Shown: positions 63,959 through 64,000 of the stretch, in pieces | Layout of the letters: every line of letters starts with the position of its first letter | Position numbering within the stretch: position 1 is the stretch's first letter | From: Saccostrea echinata | Taxonomy: Eukaryota | DNA length: 64,000 bases | Reading direction: 5' to 3' | Assembly: GCF_033153115.1 (NCBI RefSeq) | Contig: NW_026889779.1 | Coordinates: forward strand, 8,432,001 to 8,496,000 | The notes under the pieces: model-generated | Databases searched by the model: none | Told to the model about the DNA's origin: nothing | The model's input: the letters and a program-made list of their open reading frames with translations, nothing else | Program-made: the position numbers and the translations under genes

Positions 63959-64000
63959 ACGGAATTGGAAGTAAACTGTCTGGTACGTCCAAGAACGACG
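63959..64000 (+). CDS. CCKR: CCK/sulfakinin-type receptor, coding exon 3 (ICL3), truncated by the window end
   Basis: Acceptor tgttttag. Phase-1 open frame (D)GIGSKLSGTSKND runs to the window end. Confidence 0.72.

Overview
AT-rich animal genomic DNA with two N gaps (15250-15408, 15840-15974). The repeat content (about 166-bp satellite monomers inside Helentron/HINE-like elements, a Deu/Nin-type tRNA SINE) points to a bivalve, most likely an oyster (Ostreidae). Three protein-coding genes are supported. (1) A spliced NR2E-family nuclear receptor on the minus strand: 6 coding exons from 6799 down to 975, P-box CDGCRG, NR2E6/PNR-like, with its last exon(s) outside the window. (2) A divergent class A orphan GPCR whose seven helices lie in one ORF (16056-17120, minus). 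(3) A CCK/sulfakinin-type receptor on the plus strand: exons 49730-50084, 63350-63727 and 63959 to beyond the window end, with a CRE plus TATA-like promoter. The roughly 32 kb between the GPCR and the CCK receptor has no recognisable gene but many non-autonomous DNA transposons with readable TIRs and TSDs, foldback palindromes, and a duplicated 30-bp minisatellite that is open on both strands. Most notable non-genic signals: hAT-like MITEs sitting in (TA)n arrays, a MITE group with 5-bp TSDs, foldback elements with 9-10 bp TSDs, strong enrichment of TACATGTA, and an E-box/D-box cluster. I did not find a clearly novel multi-gene system. All calls were made by eye, without database searches.
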